Assembly: GCA_035493555.1 (NCBI GenBank)
Contig: DATJIC010000007.1
Coordinates: forward strand, 1-62,606
Direction of reading: 5' to 3'
DNA length: 62,606 nucleotides
DNA from: Verrucomicrobiia bacterium
GTDB taxonomy: Bacteria > Patescibacteriota > Saccharimonadia > Saccharimonadales > Saccharimonadaceae
The position numbers and the translations under genes are program-made. The notes below the pieces were generated by a model. That model worked only from the letters and a program-made list of their open reading frames with translations. It had not been told where the DNA came from and did not search any database. Every line of letters begins with the position of its first letter. Positions within the stretch are counted from its first letter, which is position 1. Shown piece by piece: positions 36,449-45,721 of the stretch.

Positions 36449-37144
36449 TTATTTTGTTACAGTGAAGTAGCCGGCAGCATCGGGCTGAAGAGGGTCGTAA
36501 AATAGATGCGAACCCAGTTGATTGAGCGTTATGGTCTTAGGATGGCCGCTCTTTACCGTCAACTTCGTCTCACCGCCGTACACCTCATGATCAGGGTACG
36601 ACCCAAACATAATATCGCGCGGCGTGTCATCTTGATTGATGAACGTCAGCGAATCGCACATACGCGACTCAGTACGAAGAGGGGTTATCTTCCCCTTCAT
36701 CATAATAACCTGATGGTTAGCGCCAATATAGGCACACGCGCCTGTCTTTTCGCCGCCAACCTGGGAGATGCCCTCGTCCTGCGCAAGCTTCGTTGTCGTC
36801 GCCTGAGGAGTCATCATGTTGTAGTTAAGATGGTCCATAATAAATATAGAGCCGAGCACGACGACAAGGATAATACCGACTGTCGCGATAAAGAAAGCCA
36901 CGTTATAAAGGGGTTTCGGCCCGCGCCCCAGATGCAAAAAGAAGAAGATCTGGACAGACATCTGCAAAACAGCAAATCCTAGGATTGTCGCGAGCAATGA
37001 GCTGCCCGTAATGGTCTTATTAACTACCAGGTAGTACGGTATGGCCGTGAATACCAAGGATAATAAGAACCCGATAACATAGGATACTGTGGTGCCATGT
37101 TCGGCTTTTGGTTGTGTTGTAGTGTTATGTGATAATTTGCTCAT
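36449..37144 (-). CDS. cyoD: cytochrome o ubiquinol oxidase subunit IV (CyoD-like, 3 TM segments) fused to a C-terminal soluble beta-rich domain of about 125 aa
   Basis: It starts at the ATG at 37144, overlapping the cyoC TGA (ATGA). The N-terminal half (VSYVIGFLLSLVFTAIPYYLV...) matches the CyoD/QoxD topology. The C-terminal half is discussed in the findings. Confidence 0.7.
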   Translation of the reverse strand: MSKLSHNTTTQPKAEHGTTVSYVIGFLLSLVFTAIPYYLVVNKTITGSSLLATILGFAVLQMSVQIFFFLHLGRGPKPLYNVAFFIATVGIILVVVLGSIFIMDHLNYNMMTPQATTTKLAQDEGISQVGGEKTGACAYIGANHQVIMMKGKITPLRTESRMCDSLTFINQDDTPRDIMFGSYPDHEVYGGETKLTVKSGHPKTITLNQLGSHLFYDPLQPDAAGYFTVTK

Positions 37145-37740
37145 ACGTACGCCATTAAATATACAATTGTAAAAATAAATATCCACACGATATCCAGGAA
37201 ATGCCAGAACAGACTCAACAGGGCTAGCTTGCGTACTAGGTGCCGGTTAAGCCCCCGCACTAAGACAAACACCAGCGTCACAAACATCCAAAACAAGCCT
37301 GATATAATGTGCAGTCCGTGTGTACCCACAAGGACAAAGAACGACGAGAAGAAAGCGTTGCTGCTGAGTGTATGTCCTTCCCTGATAAATTCAGCAAATT
37401 CTTGTAGTTCCAGGCTAAGGAAGGCAAGTCCAAGCAAAAACGTAATACCAAACCATACAAGAACCTGGTTCTTGTTGCCCCGGCGAGCGGTAATCATACC
37501 AATCCCACAGGTAAAGCTGCTGGTAAGCAGAATTAACGTCTCAGCCAAAGCCAACGGCTGGCTAAAAAGATCGCTGCCCCCTGGGCCGCCCTCGGTATTA
37601 CCATGCAGTACTGCGTACACCGCAAATAACACCGCGAACATGAGAAGGTCGGTCATTAGGTATACCCAAAAGCCGAACATCACCCTATCGTTCGCTGCCG
37701 CTTCGTGATTCATCTCGCTAGTTGCTACTGATTCCGCCAT
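37141..37740 (-). CDS. cyoC: cytochrome o ubiquinol oxidase subunit III
   Basis: It has about 5 TM segments and the heme-copper oxidase subunit III pattern (FGFWVYLMTDLLMFA..., HGLHI, WHFLDIVW). I prefer the ATG at 37740, preceded by AAGGA. The track ORF starts at 37770. Confidence 0.85.
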   Translation of the reverse strand: MAESVATSEMNHEAAANDRVMFGFWVYLMTDLLMFAVLFAVYAVLHGNTEGGPGGSDLFSQPLALAETLILLTSSFTCGIGMITARRGNKNQVLVWFGITFLLGLAFLSLELQEFAEFIREGHTLSSNAFFSSFFVLVGTHGLHIISGLFWMFVTLVFVLVRGLNRHLVRKLALLSLFWHFLDIVWIFIFTIVYLMAYV

Positions 37741-39839
37741 CGTCTTGTCCTTATAACGTTCAACGCCCATGTTATTACTAACTTGATAAATTCAAGCAGA
37801 CCCATGTCTTCATCAGGACCCGTGTCCTTTTCAGCATGAAGAGCCCGGACTTTTGCCATCCTTGTCTCTTCCATCTTTTCAACCTCGGCGGCAGTGACGA
37901 CATACTCAGTATCATCGTTGAAAGTTCGGGCGATCACGCAAACGATAGCGCCGATTAACGAAACAATAGCGAGCCAATTGATATGCCACACCAGTGCAAA
38001 TCCAACCAAGAAGGCAAAAATTGAGATATAGATACCCGAGGCGGTATTTTTAGGCATACGAATATCCTCGAACTTGCGTGCCGGTATGCCCTGTTTTTTC
38101 ATCTCCCAGTAAGCGTCCCTAGTTGTTACCTGGGGTATGGTTGCAAAGTTATAAGATGGTGCCGGCGAAGGGACTGCCCATTCGAGTGTTCGGCCCTCCC
38201 ATGGGTCTCCAGTACTATCGTGCAGACGCCTTTTTTGAATGACACTGGCGATAATCTGCGCAAGCTGAAGGGCGACGCCAACGGCTATGATAATTCCGCC
38301 AATGAGCATAAGGACATAGAATGGCTGCCAACCAGATGATGCATCGTACGTGTCGAGCCGCCTGGTTGCCCCCATAAGCCCAAGAATATACATAGGGATA
38401 AAGGATAGGCTAAAGCCAATCATCCAGCACCAAAAGGCGTAACGTCCAAGGCGCTCGTTCAATCTGTAACCGGCAATTTTAGGGAACCAGTAACTGATGC
38501 CGGCAAACACACCAAACAGTACGCCGCCAATAACATTAGAGTGGAAGTGCGCAACCAAGAATAAACTGTTGTGGAACTGAAAGTCGACAGGCGGAACGGC
38601 AAGCATTACGCCGGTGACGCCGCCAAAAGTAAACACGGCAATAAAACCGAGAAACCATAGCATAGGGGTTGTCATTCGTATACGGCCTTTGTACATGGTG
38701 GCGATCCAGGTGAACACCAACACGGTTGTCGGTATCGCAATGAATATTGTCATCACCCCAAAGAACGAGTTAACGTCCGCTCCTGCCCCCATGGTAAAGA
38801 AGTGATGGAGCCATACCGAAAGCGCGAAGAGCGAAACACCGATTAGTCCGATAATATTGGACGTATAGTTAGCAATCGCCTTGCGACTGAAAGTCGAAAC
38901 AATCTCTGTAAACACGCCATATGCCGGCAATACCAAAATATATACCTCTGGGTGTCCCCACATCCATATCAGGTTGGTATACATCATGGCGTTCCCGCCG
39001 AGTGCCGTCGTAAAGAAGTGCGTGTCAAAATAACGGTCAAAGAAAACCAGGAAAAGCGTTGCCGTTAGCAGCGGAAAAACGGTCACTGCCATGATCATGC
39101 TACAGAGCGAGCCCCAGGTAAACGCAGGCATCTTCCAGAGGGTCATTCCCGGCGCACGCATTTTAAGGATTGTCATAATAAAGTTAATTGCGCCCAGCGT
39201 CGTTCCTATGCCGGATATCTGCAGGCTCCATATAAGATAGTCCATACCCGTACCCGGACTAAATTCGGTCCCCGATAGTGGAGCAACCGCCAGCCACCCT
39301 GTAGCGGCGTATTCCCCACCGACAAAGAAGAACATATTTACCATTACCACTCCGGCAACAAAAAGCCAAAAGCCCAGCGTATTAAGGAACGGCGAGGCAA
39401 GGTCGCGGGCACCAATCTGCAGAGGAACGATATAGTTTATCAAACCAAAGATAAAGCCCATTGCTACAAAGAACACCATAATGTTACCGTGAGCGGTAAA
39501 GATCTGCTGGAAGTGCTCAGCCGACAAATACCCATGCGAGGCACCGAGGAACCCAGGCATATCACTGGACCCCAGCGCTTGCTGCAGCCACATCATCAAC
39601 GCCTCCAGGCCACCCCTTGCAATAAGCATAAACCCGGCCACGATAAAGTACATGATACCAATCTTTTTTGGATCAACCGAAGTGAGCCATTCTTTCCAAA
39701 GCCATCCCCAGCGTTTCGTCACCGTTAGTATCACAATAAGGGCCAAGATGAGCGCACCAAAAAATGCCGACCCGCCAATGGTAAACCATTCGTGCGGAAG
39801 TGCTTCCATGCTCAATCTACCAATCAGGAATTCTTTCAT
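37725..39839 (-). CDS. cyoB: cytochrome o ubiquinol oxidase subunit I
   Basis: 704 aa. Heme-copper oxidase subunit I motifs are present (WMWGHPEVYILVLPAYG, HHFFTMG, HFHSNVIGG). Confidence 0.95.
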   Translation of the reverse strand: MKEFLIGRLSMEALPHEWFTIGGSAFFGALILALIVILTVTKRWGWLWKEWLTSVDPKKIGIMYFIVAGFMLIARGGLEALMMWLQQALGSSDMPGFLGASHGYLSAEHFQQIFTAHGNIMVFFVAMGFIFGLINYIVPLQIGARDLASPFLNTLGFWLFVAGVVMVNMFFFVGGEYAATGWLAVAPLSGTEFSPGTGMDYLIWSLQISGIGTTLGAINFIMTILKMRAPGMTLWKMPAFTWGSLCSMIMAVTVFPLLTATLFLVFFDRYFDTHFFTTALGGNAMMYTNLIWMWGHPEVYILVLPAYGVFTEIVSTFSRKAIANYTSNIIGLIGVSLFALSVWLHHFFTMGAGADVNSFFGVMTIFIAIPTTVLVFTWIATMYKGRIRMTTPMLWFLGFIAVFTFGGVTGVMLAVPPVDFQFHNSLFLVAHFHSNVIGGVLFGVFAGISYWFPKIAGYRLNERLGRYAFWCWMIGFSLSFIPMYILGLMGATRRLDTYDASSGWQPFYVLMLIGGIIIAVGVALQLAQIIASVIQKRRLHDSTGDPWEGRTLEWAVPSPAPSYNFATIPQVTTRDAYWEMKKQGIPARKFEDIRMPKNTASGIYISIFAFLVGFALVWHINWLAIVSLIGAIVCVIARTFNDDTEYVVTAAEVEKMEETRMAKVRALHAEKDTGPDEDMGLLEFIKLVITWALNVIRTRRWRNQ

Positions 39840-40741
39840 TCTTGCCCCATATGGTGGTCGTGAGACCCCATGTATTTCATAAGTACTTTATCGTATAAGT
39901 CCGCTTCTGTCATCGAATAAAAAGCAGATGGATTATTTTCGCTAGGCTTTAATAGACTCTCATATTCTACCATATCGAGTACGCCCGGAAGCTGTTTTAC
40001 ATGCCGCACCCAAGCATCAAAATCTTGCTTGGAGCTGGCACGCGCCGTGAACTTCATTCCAGCAAAGCCCTTGCCGTTTATTTCGGCCGAGCTACCCGTA
40101 GAATCTCCTAGTGTCGTAGGCACGAGGTTAAGCTTGTTTGTCATACCGGTCATTGCATAAAGCTGACCACCCCAGTGCGGCACCCAGAACGAGCTCATTG
40201 GCATGTCGTCTGCCGTCAGATCAAATTCTACAGGGGTATCTACGGGGACCTGAACATAATTAACGGTTGCAATATGCTGTTCTGGATAGATAAACAGCCA
40301 CTTCCAACGCAGTGCGATAACCTGAACGGTCAGCGTCTTATTCTCGGAATCAATCGACTTTTGCGGCTCAAGTTTGTGCGTAGCAACCCACATAACCGGC
40401 GCCAGTACGAGCATAAAAACAACGGGAATCGCCCACAAACAGAAAATAAAAAACTTGCCATGCTTCTTGTCGGGGTCAAACTTTGCTTTCGTGTTAGATT
40501 CTCTGTATTTCCAGGCAAAAAAGTATAAGAAAAACAAGGTAGGAACAGCAATCGCAAGCAGTACCGCCGTTGTGAAGACTATTAGTTTAAACTCTTCCTG
40601 AGCTACGAAGCCTTTTGGATTAAGCATTCTGATGTCGGTACCATTAAGCAGTACCGCAAAAAGTAATACCAGGACAAACACCCACAAGACGACATACAGG
40701 ATAGCCCTGTTCTGTCTGGATTTATCTGTTTGTTTTGTCAT
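39836..40741 (-). CDS. cyoA: cytochrome o ubiquinol oxidase subunit II (no CuA ligands)
   Basis: 301 aa. Two N-terminal TM segments precede a cupredoxin domain. SFWVPHWGGQLYAMTGM and SAEINGKGFAGMKF parallel the CyoA sequences SFFIPRLGSQIYAMAGM and SASYSGPGFSGMKF. There is no CxxxC/H/M CuA site. Confidence 0.9.
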   Translation of the reverse strand: MTKQTDKSRQNRAILYVVLWVFVLVLLFAVLLNGTDIRMLNPKGFVAQEEFKLIVFTTAVLLAIAVPTLFFLYFFAWKYRESNTKAKFDPDKKHGKFFIFCLWAIPVVFMLVLAPVMWVATHKLEPQKSIDSENKTLTVQVIALRWKWLFIYPEQHIATVNYVQVPVDTPVEFDLTADDMPMSSFWVPHWGGQLYAMTGMTNKLNLVPTTLGDSTGSSAEINGKGFAGMKFTARASSKQDFDAWVRHVKQLPGVLDMVEYESLLKPSENNPSAFYSMTEADLYDKVLMKYMGSHDHHMGQE

Positions 40742-40770
40742 CAGGCCTTTCCATTATCGTATACATAAAC

Positions 40771-40798
40771 ATTATATCTCACTATAGCATAAGTTTAA
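40771..40798 (-). promoter_or_regulatory. candidate cyo operon promoter TTAAAC-N16-TATAAT
   Basis: The reverse complement of 40793-40798 is TTAAAC and that of 40771-40776 is TATAAT. A leader of about 22 nt containing GGAAAGG follows before the ATG at 40741. Confidence 0.45.
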
Positions 40799-40855
40799 GC
40801 GCGATATACCAGTCTATTTATGGTAACTGCTATCGAGGTAGGCTGCGAGCTGTAC

Positions 40856-41389
40856 CTACTCGCCAATAGCAAGTTTTAGCAAGATAACGCCAATACCAAT
40901 CGCCATTTCCGCCGTACTCACAACAATGAGCCGAACAGGACTCGTATAGATGCGTCTTCCCGCCGTAAAAGAGAGTAAAAACAACGATAAAAGAAGTGCT
41001 ACAATGCTCGCCATAAATGCGGTTTTCAGTGAAATGAATGTAGTGAGGCTCGCCATGATAAGGAGTGTTGGAACGATAGCTGGAACAAAAAGACCCGAAC
41101 TGGTAAACGCCAGCCTGCCAAGGTCTCTGCTAGCCATACTCTTACCATGCACGGCACGATGCGAAATACGGGACGAGATAAGCGTTGCCAGCCAGAGAGC
41201 CGTTACGGTTCCAATAATACTCGCCACCGATCCGCCTGCCGTATGATCACCTGCCGTCTTCCATAAAGCAACGATCAGCGCGAGCAGCGTAATGGTCGCG
41301 TAAATCCGTTCTTTCATATTTTCAGCCACGTACTCCTTTACTTCAGGAGACAATAGATCGGCTCTTCGGGCTTTTGGGCTTTTTGGCAT
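40856..41389 (-). CDS. hypothetical polytopic membrane protein
   Basis: 177 aa with about 5 TM segments. It starts 2 nt after the pheT stop. Confidence 0.5.
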   Translation of the reverse strand: MPKSPKARRADLLSPEVKEYVAENMKERIYATITLLALIVALWKTAGDHTAGGSVASIIGTVTALWLATLISSRISHRAVHGKSMASRDLGRLAFTSSGLFVPAIVPTLLIMASLTTFISLKTAFMASIVALLLSLFLLSFTAGRRIYTSPVRLIVVSTAEMAIGIGVILLKLAIGE

Positions 41390-41391
41390 TG

Positions 41392-43881
41392 CTAAATAAC
41401 TACCGCACCCGTTGCCGTCATAACTGACTGAGCAACGTCGTTAACAATCGCCCCTACCTCATCGCCGGTAAGCGTTTTTTCATGCGGAGTAAGTGCTAGG
41501 CGAACAGTGATGTTTTTCACCTTCGTACCCTCGCCCCTATAGATGTCTACGGGTGATACAGAGACTTCTACTTGAACGTTCTTTAATGCAGTATTGACCG
41601 CATCAATTACCTGCTGGTAAGGTGTCTCGGTCTCTACTTGGAAGCAGATATCGCGCTCGGTGCCAGGGTACCGGCTTACCGGGCGGTAACTGCTTGTAAG
41701 TTTCTGAACCGCCTCAAGTACAGGTATCGAACCTATTTCAAATCCAGCAGCATAATCGGGCAGTTTGAAGCCACGTGCAACAGATTTCTTATACTCGCCA
41801 ACAATACCCAAAAACGTATCTGTTTTTTTATCGGTCACCAGTGCCGAACGGCGGTACTCGAACGGTGCCGTCACCGGATAATTCGGATCTGCCTCCATAG
41901 GCGAAAACTGCAGCTCTAGACCAAGTGACTGCGCCAGGTAGTTAAGCAACCGCTTAGCTTCATAGTAGGCAGTGCCTTGCTGATTTTTCTTGTTCGCCAC
42001 GACAAGTGCGATCATGTCAACTTCCGCAGGAACGTTTTCGTCGGTCATGCCGTGCTGTTTGGGATGGGCTTTATTTACTTCGAACAAAGCAAAGTGATCA
42101 TACCCCTGCTTTATATTGTTACGAACAACACTTAAAAGGCTTGGTGTGATCGTTTGCCGGTAGTACTGCAACTCCGGACTGAGTGAATTGACAAGGCGGT
42201 ATGAATCCGACGGCTTTTGACCAGCCTTCGTAAGAAGGTCACCGTGTACGAAGCTGTAGGTCAACACCTCATTCGCACCCGCCCGAACCAACGCCCGGCG
42301 TGTATGTGCCCGCACGCTATCGAATTTACTAGGCCGTACAGCCGAAAAATCGCGCCTTGGCAGTATTGGTTCAATGGTGTCAAAACCACGCAAACGGCCG
42401 ACTTCTTCAATGATATCCTCGGGAATATGGATATCAGCGCGCCAGTACGGAGGAGTGAACGACAGTACGTCGCCTTCTTGCTCTACCTTAAATTCAACGC
42501 TTTGCATCGTTTTGGCAATTTCGTCTGCCGACAAAGTAAGCCCAAGAACATCATTTACTTTTTGATACGGCAACGTTACAGCGTACGGCTTGGCTTCGCC
42601 CGGATAGCTTTCGGCAACCTCACTGACGCGCTTTGCACCAGCGTATTCTTCCATTAGACGGACTGCGTCGGCCAGTACGGGCGCTGTCAGTTCGGCAGGC
42701 TGGCCTTTAGTAAACCGGGTGATAGCCTCCGAAAAAATACCGTGCCTCATCTGCGTGCCGCGCAGACTGTACAAATTAAACGTCGCGCTTTCAAGGATAA
42801 TATTTTTAGTGCTGCTGTCGATTTCGGTATTTGCCCCGCCCATCGCGCCAGCAAGACCAATTGGCGTCTCGCCTGCAGCAATAACGATATCGTCTGGGGT
42901 TAATGTAATCGTTCGACCATCAAGCAGTACCAATTTTTCGTTGTCACGCCCTGAACGCACGTGGATTTCCGCCTTACCGCCGCCAACTTCAACCAGCTTG
43001 TCGTAATCAAAGGCATGAAGTGGCTGGCCCGTCAGCATCATAAGATAGTTCGTGACGTCAACCACGGCACTAATCGGACGTACGCCCACCCGCGCCAAAT
43101 AGGTCTGAATGGTCAGCGGCGATTTTGCCGCGCCGTCCGCGCCCGAAAGTACGACCGCCTGGTAACGGTGCGACAATGTTTTGTCGTCGATAGAAACAAC
43201 AGGCGCATCAATATCACCCTCTAACGGGGCAAAATCGGGACGTACCGCACCCAGCCAGTCGGGAGTTTTAAATTCTTTACCCTGAATCGCTGCAACTTCG
43301 CGGGCAAAACCAACAATACCAAACGTATCCGGCCGATGGGTCAACGATTTGTTTTCTATATCAAGAAGATAATCGTTCAACTCATAACTCTCTGCAAACG
43401 ATACTCCCGGCAAAAGATTATCATCAAGTTCCAGAATACCTTCGTGTTCATCAAACAAGGCAAGCTCGCGTGCGCTTGCGATCATTCCGTTGCTCATAAC
43501 TCCACGGAGTTTTCGCGCACCAAGCACGAACGGCTCGTCTGTCCCGTGTGTTTCAGGCACTACACTATTAGGTGGCAACCATGCCACAACAAGGCCCTCG
43601 CGAATATTGGGAGCTCCGCACACCACTTGTACAAAACCGTTTTCATCGCGCTCTACATCCGGAGTTTTACCGCCATCATCAAGTTTTGTTACGTTCAAAT
43701 GGTCCGAGCCCTCAAGCTTACCGCACTCAACGACTTTCGCAACTACTACGTCTTTATATTTTGCGCCGTAGTCAATTACTTCTTCAATCTCAACCAAGCG
43801 CGCACCAATCAGTGTTGCCAGTTCATCAATCGGCATATCGATATCGGTAAATTTTTTGAGCCAGTTTGTAGAAATTATCAT
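41392..43881 (-). CDS. pheT: phenylalanine--tRNA ligase beta subunit
   Basis: It starts at the ATG at 43881 (MIISTNWLKKF, a typical PheT start), overlapping the TGA of the upstream gene. It has tRNA-binding, B3/4, B5 and FDX-ACB regions. Confidence 0.9.
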   Translation of the reverse strand: MIISTNWLKKFTDIDMPIDELATLIGARLVEIEEVIDYGAKYKDVVVAKVVECGKLEGSDHLNVTKLDDGGKTPDVERDENGFVQVVCGAPNIREGLVVAWLPPNSVVPETHGTDEPFVLGARKLRGVMSNGMIASARELALFDEHEGILELDDNLLPGVSFAESYELNDYLLDIENKSLTHRPDTFGIVGFAREVAAIQGKEFKTPDWLGAVRPDFAPLEGDIDAPVVSIDDKTLSHRYQAVVLSGADGAAKSPLTIQTYLARVGVRPISAVVDVTNYLMMLTGQPLHAFDYDKLVEVGGGKAEIHVRSGRDNEKLVLLDGRTITLTPDDIVIAAGETPIGLAGAMGGANTEIDSSTKNIILESATFNLYSLRGTQMRHGIFSEAITRFTKGQPAELTAPVLADAVRLMEEYAGAKRVSEVAESYPGEAKPYAVTLPYQKVNDVLGLTLSADEIAKTMQSVEFKVEQEGDVLSFTPPYWRADIHIPEDIIEEVGRLRGFDTIEPILPRRDFSAVRPSKFDSVRAHTRRALVRAGANEVLTYSFVHGDLLTKAGQKPSDSYRLVNSLSPELQYYRQTITPSLLSVVRNNIKQGYDHFALFEVNKAHPKQHGMTDENVPAEVDMIALVVANKKNQQGTAYYEAKRLLNYLAQSLGLELQFSPMEADPNYPVTAPFEYRRSALVTDKKTDTFLGIVGEYKKSVARGFKLPDYAAGFEIGSIPVLEAVQKLTSSYRPVSRYPGTERDICFQVETETPYQQVIDAVNTALKNVQVEVSVSPVDIYRGEGTKVKNITVRLALTPHEKTLTGDEVGAIVNDVAQSVMTATGAVVI

Positions 43882-44348
43882 GCGTTGCCTCCATTCCACG
43901 GCAGGGTATGTTTCGCGCGTTCCTGTTCGTAGCTATCAAACATGTAAAACTTATCGACTGCTATTTTGAAAAAGCGCGTATTGCCGTCTTTACGGATCTC
44001 GTTAAGTAGCCCCTCGGAAGCGCCGTACCTGTCAACGTACGCCTTGTATGCCGTTGCCTCCGCTTCATCGCCCTCGAGCATAGAGGCCGTACCTTCAAAG
44101 TCAACGCAGCGGACCTTCTGATTTTTATGGTGCTGGGTAACAATATTACCGGCTACATGCGGATTACTTAACAGCTCCGTAGCATGGCGCGTTTCCTGGC
44201 TAGAAACAAAATATAAATTAAGTTGGTCATCGTACGAAAAATGCACTTCACATACCCATGGCTTGTTATCTTTTACGGTGGCAAGCGACATATGAATAAT
44301 CTGCGGGATATATTCCCTGATTGCTGTTTCTAGTTCTTCGTTGTTCAT
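43878..44348 (-). CDS. pyridoxamine 5'-phosphate oxidase-like (split-barrel FMN-binding) family protein
   Basis: 156 aa. The pattern (MSLATV..DNKPWVCEVHFSYD....LYFVS...RHA.EL..NP.VA) is typical of PNPOx-like/general stress protein 26 folds. It has ATGA overlaps with both pheS and pheT. Confidence 0.6.
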   Translation of the reverse strand: MNNEELETAIREYIPQIIHMSLATVKDNKPWVCEVHFSYDDQLNLYFVSSQETRHATELLSNPHVAGNIVTQHHKNQKVRCVDFEGTASMLEGDEAEATAYKAYVDRYGASEGLLNEIRKDGNTRFFKIAVDKFYMFDSYEQERAKHTLPWNGGNA

Positions 44349-45352
44349 GCAAATTTCCTCAGGAATTGTAATTTGGCAGATTCAAAATGGCGGACATCCT
44401 CAATACCATATTTGAGCATTACCAAACGGTCAACACCGCCACCCCACGCAAAACCTCGGTACTTTTCAGGATCAATATCCGCCGCCCGCAAAACGTTCGG
44501 GTGGATCATGCCACATCCCAGCATCTCTAACCATTCGCCTGGTTTACCGCCAAGTGCCGCGGGTTTTTCAATTGCAAATTCGAGCCCCGGTTCAACAAAT
44601 GGAAAGTAGCCAGGTTGGGTTTTAATTTTTAATTTTTGGCCATAGTATGTTTCAAAAAAGCTTCTTAGCGTCCCTAGCATTTCGCCGAGCGACGCATCTT
44701 TTGAGACAAACACACCTTCACACTGGTAAAACGTGTGTTCGTGAGTGGGATCGACGTCTTCATTGCGGAACACGCGGCCGTAGCTGATGGCAGCGATTTG
44801 CCCGCCTGCCTCAAGTTTTGCCCGGCCGTCTTTTAAAATGCGATTCTGCATAGTGCTGGTATGGGCGGGTGGAATAAACCCTTCTTCGGTGCGGAAGGTA
44901 TCGTACCCGTCGCGGGCCGGGTGGTTTTCAGGAAAGTTGAGGGCGCCAAACATATGGTGGTCGTCATCGATTTGACGAGACTCAATGGCCTCGAACCCCA
45001 TGCGGGTAAAAATATCTATGACGTTCTCAAGCTCAGTAGTCAGCGGGTGCTGCGTTCCTTGGTCGGTGGGCAGAAGTGTTGGAACCGGGACGTTAATATC
45101 CTGCGGCGCAGTAACGTCAATAACCTCGACCGTGCCGTCTTCAAGTTCTGCCTCGCGCAGAGCAACGGCAGCATCTAAGGCTACTTTTAATTCGTTGACT
45201 GCCTTGCCGTATGTTCCGCGCTCGCTAGGTTCGAGCGTCGGGATAACCGCGTACAGTTGTTTGATCTCGTCTGCCTTTAAAACTTCACGCGGTACGCTTG
45301 ATGCGGCGATCCGTTCTAAAAGCAAAGGGCGTAATTCCTCAATATTTATCAT
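44345..45352 (-). CDS. pheS: phenylalanine--tRNA ligase alpha subunit
   Basis: 335 aa with class II aaRS motifs (HPARD, FRNE, GCGMIHPNVL, GFAWGGGVDRL). Confidence 0.95.
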   Translation of the reverse strand: MINIEELRPLLLERIAASSVPREVLKADEIKQLYAVIPTLEPSERGTYGKAVNELKVALDAAVALREAELEDGTVEVIDVTAPQDINVPVPTLLPTDQGTQHPLTTELENVIDIFTRMGFEAIESRQIDDDHHMFGALNFPENHPARDGYDTFRTEEGFIPPAHTSTMQNRILKDGRAKLEAGGQIAAISYGRVFRNEDVDPTHEHTFYQCEGVFVSKDASLGEMLGTLRSFFETYYGQKLKIKTQPGYFPFVEPGLEFAIEKPAALGGKPGEWLEMLGCGMIHPNVLRAADIDPEKYRGFAWGGGVDRLVMLKYGIEDVRHFESAKLQFLRKFA

Positions 45353-45401
45353 AACTATATTGTATTATACGCTATCTACCAGAGAAAAATCGAGAGGAAA
45401 G

Positions 45402-45641
45402 CTAGCTGCTTTGTTTAATTATGAACATCACCATCAGAATAAGCGCTACGGCGATAATCCCTATCCACACACCCGCAAGACTGCTCGTCTTTTTTGTGTC
45501 TTTCAGATAGTTGGAATCATCAACGCCGTCAGGCAGCGGCGAATCATTTTCGGCGCGTTTTTTTGCTCGTTCGCGAAGTTCGGCCGCAAGCCGCTGCTGC
45601 AGTTCTGATCGTTCCTGGTCTTGTCGTACAAATAATGCCAT
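45402..45641 (-). CDS. small tail-anchored membrane protein (hypothetical)
   Basis: 79 aa with a charged helical N-terminal part and a single C-terminal TM segment (VWIGIIAVALILMVMFII). Confidence 0.4.
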   Translation of the reverse strand: MALFVRQDQERSELQQRLAAELRERAKKRAENDSPLPDGVDDSNYLKDTKKTSSLAGVWIGIIAVALILMVMFIIKQSS

Positions 45642-45721
45642 GACTTTAGTATAGCACTCATGTTTGCATCAGAAACATATGGTATACTATCGGTATATTT
45701 CACTATAAAGGAGGGAAATAC

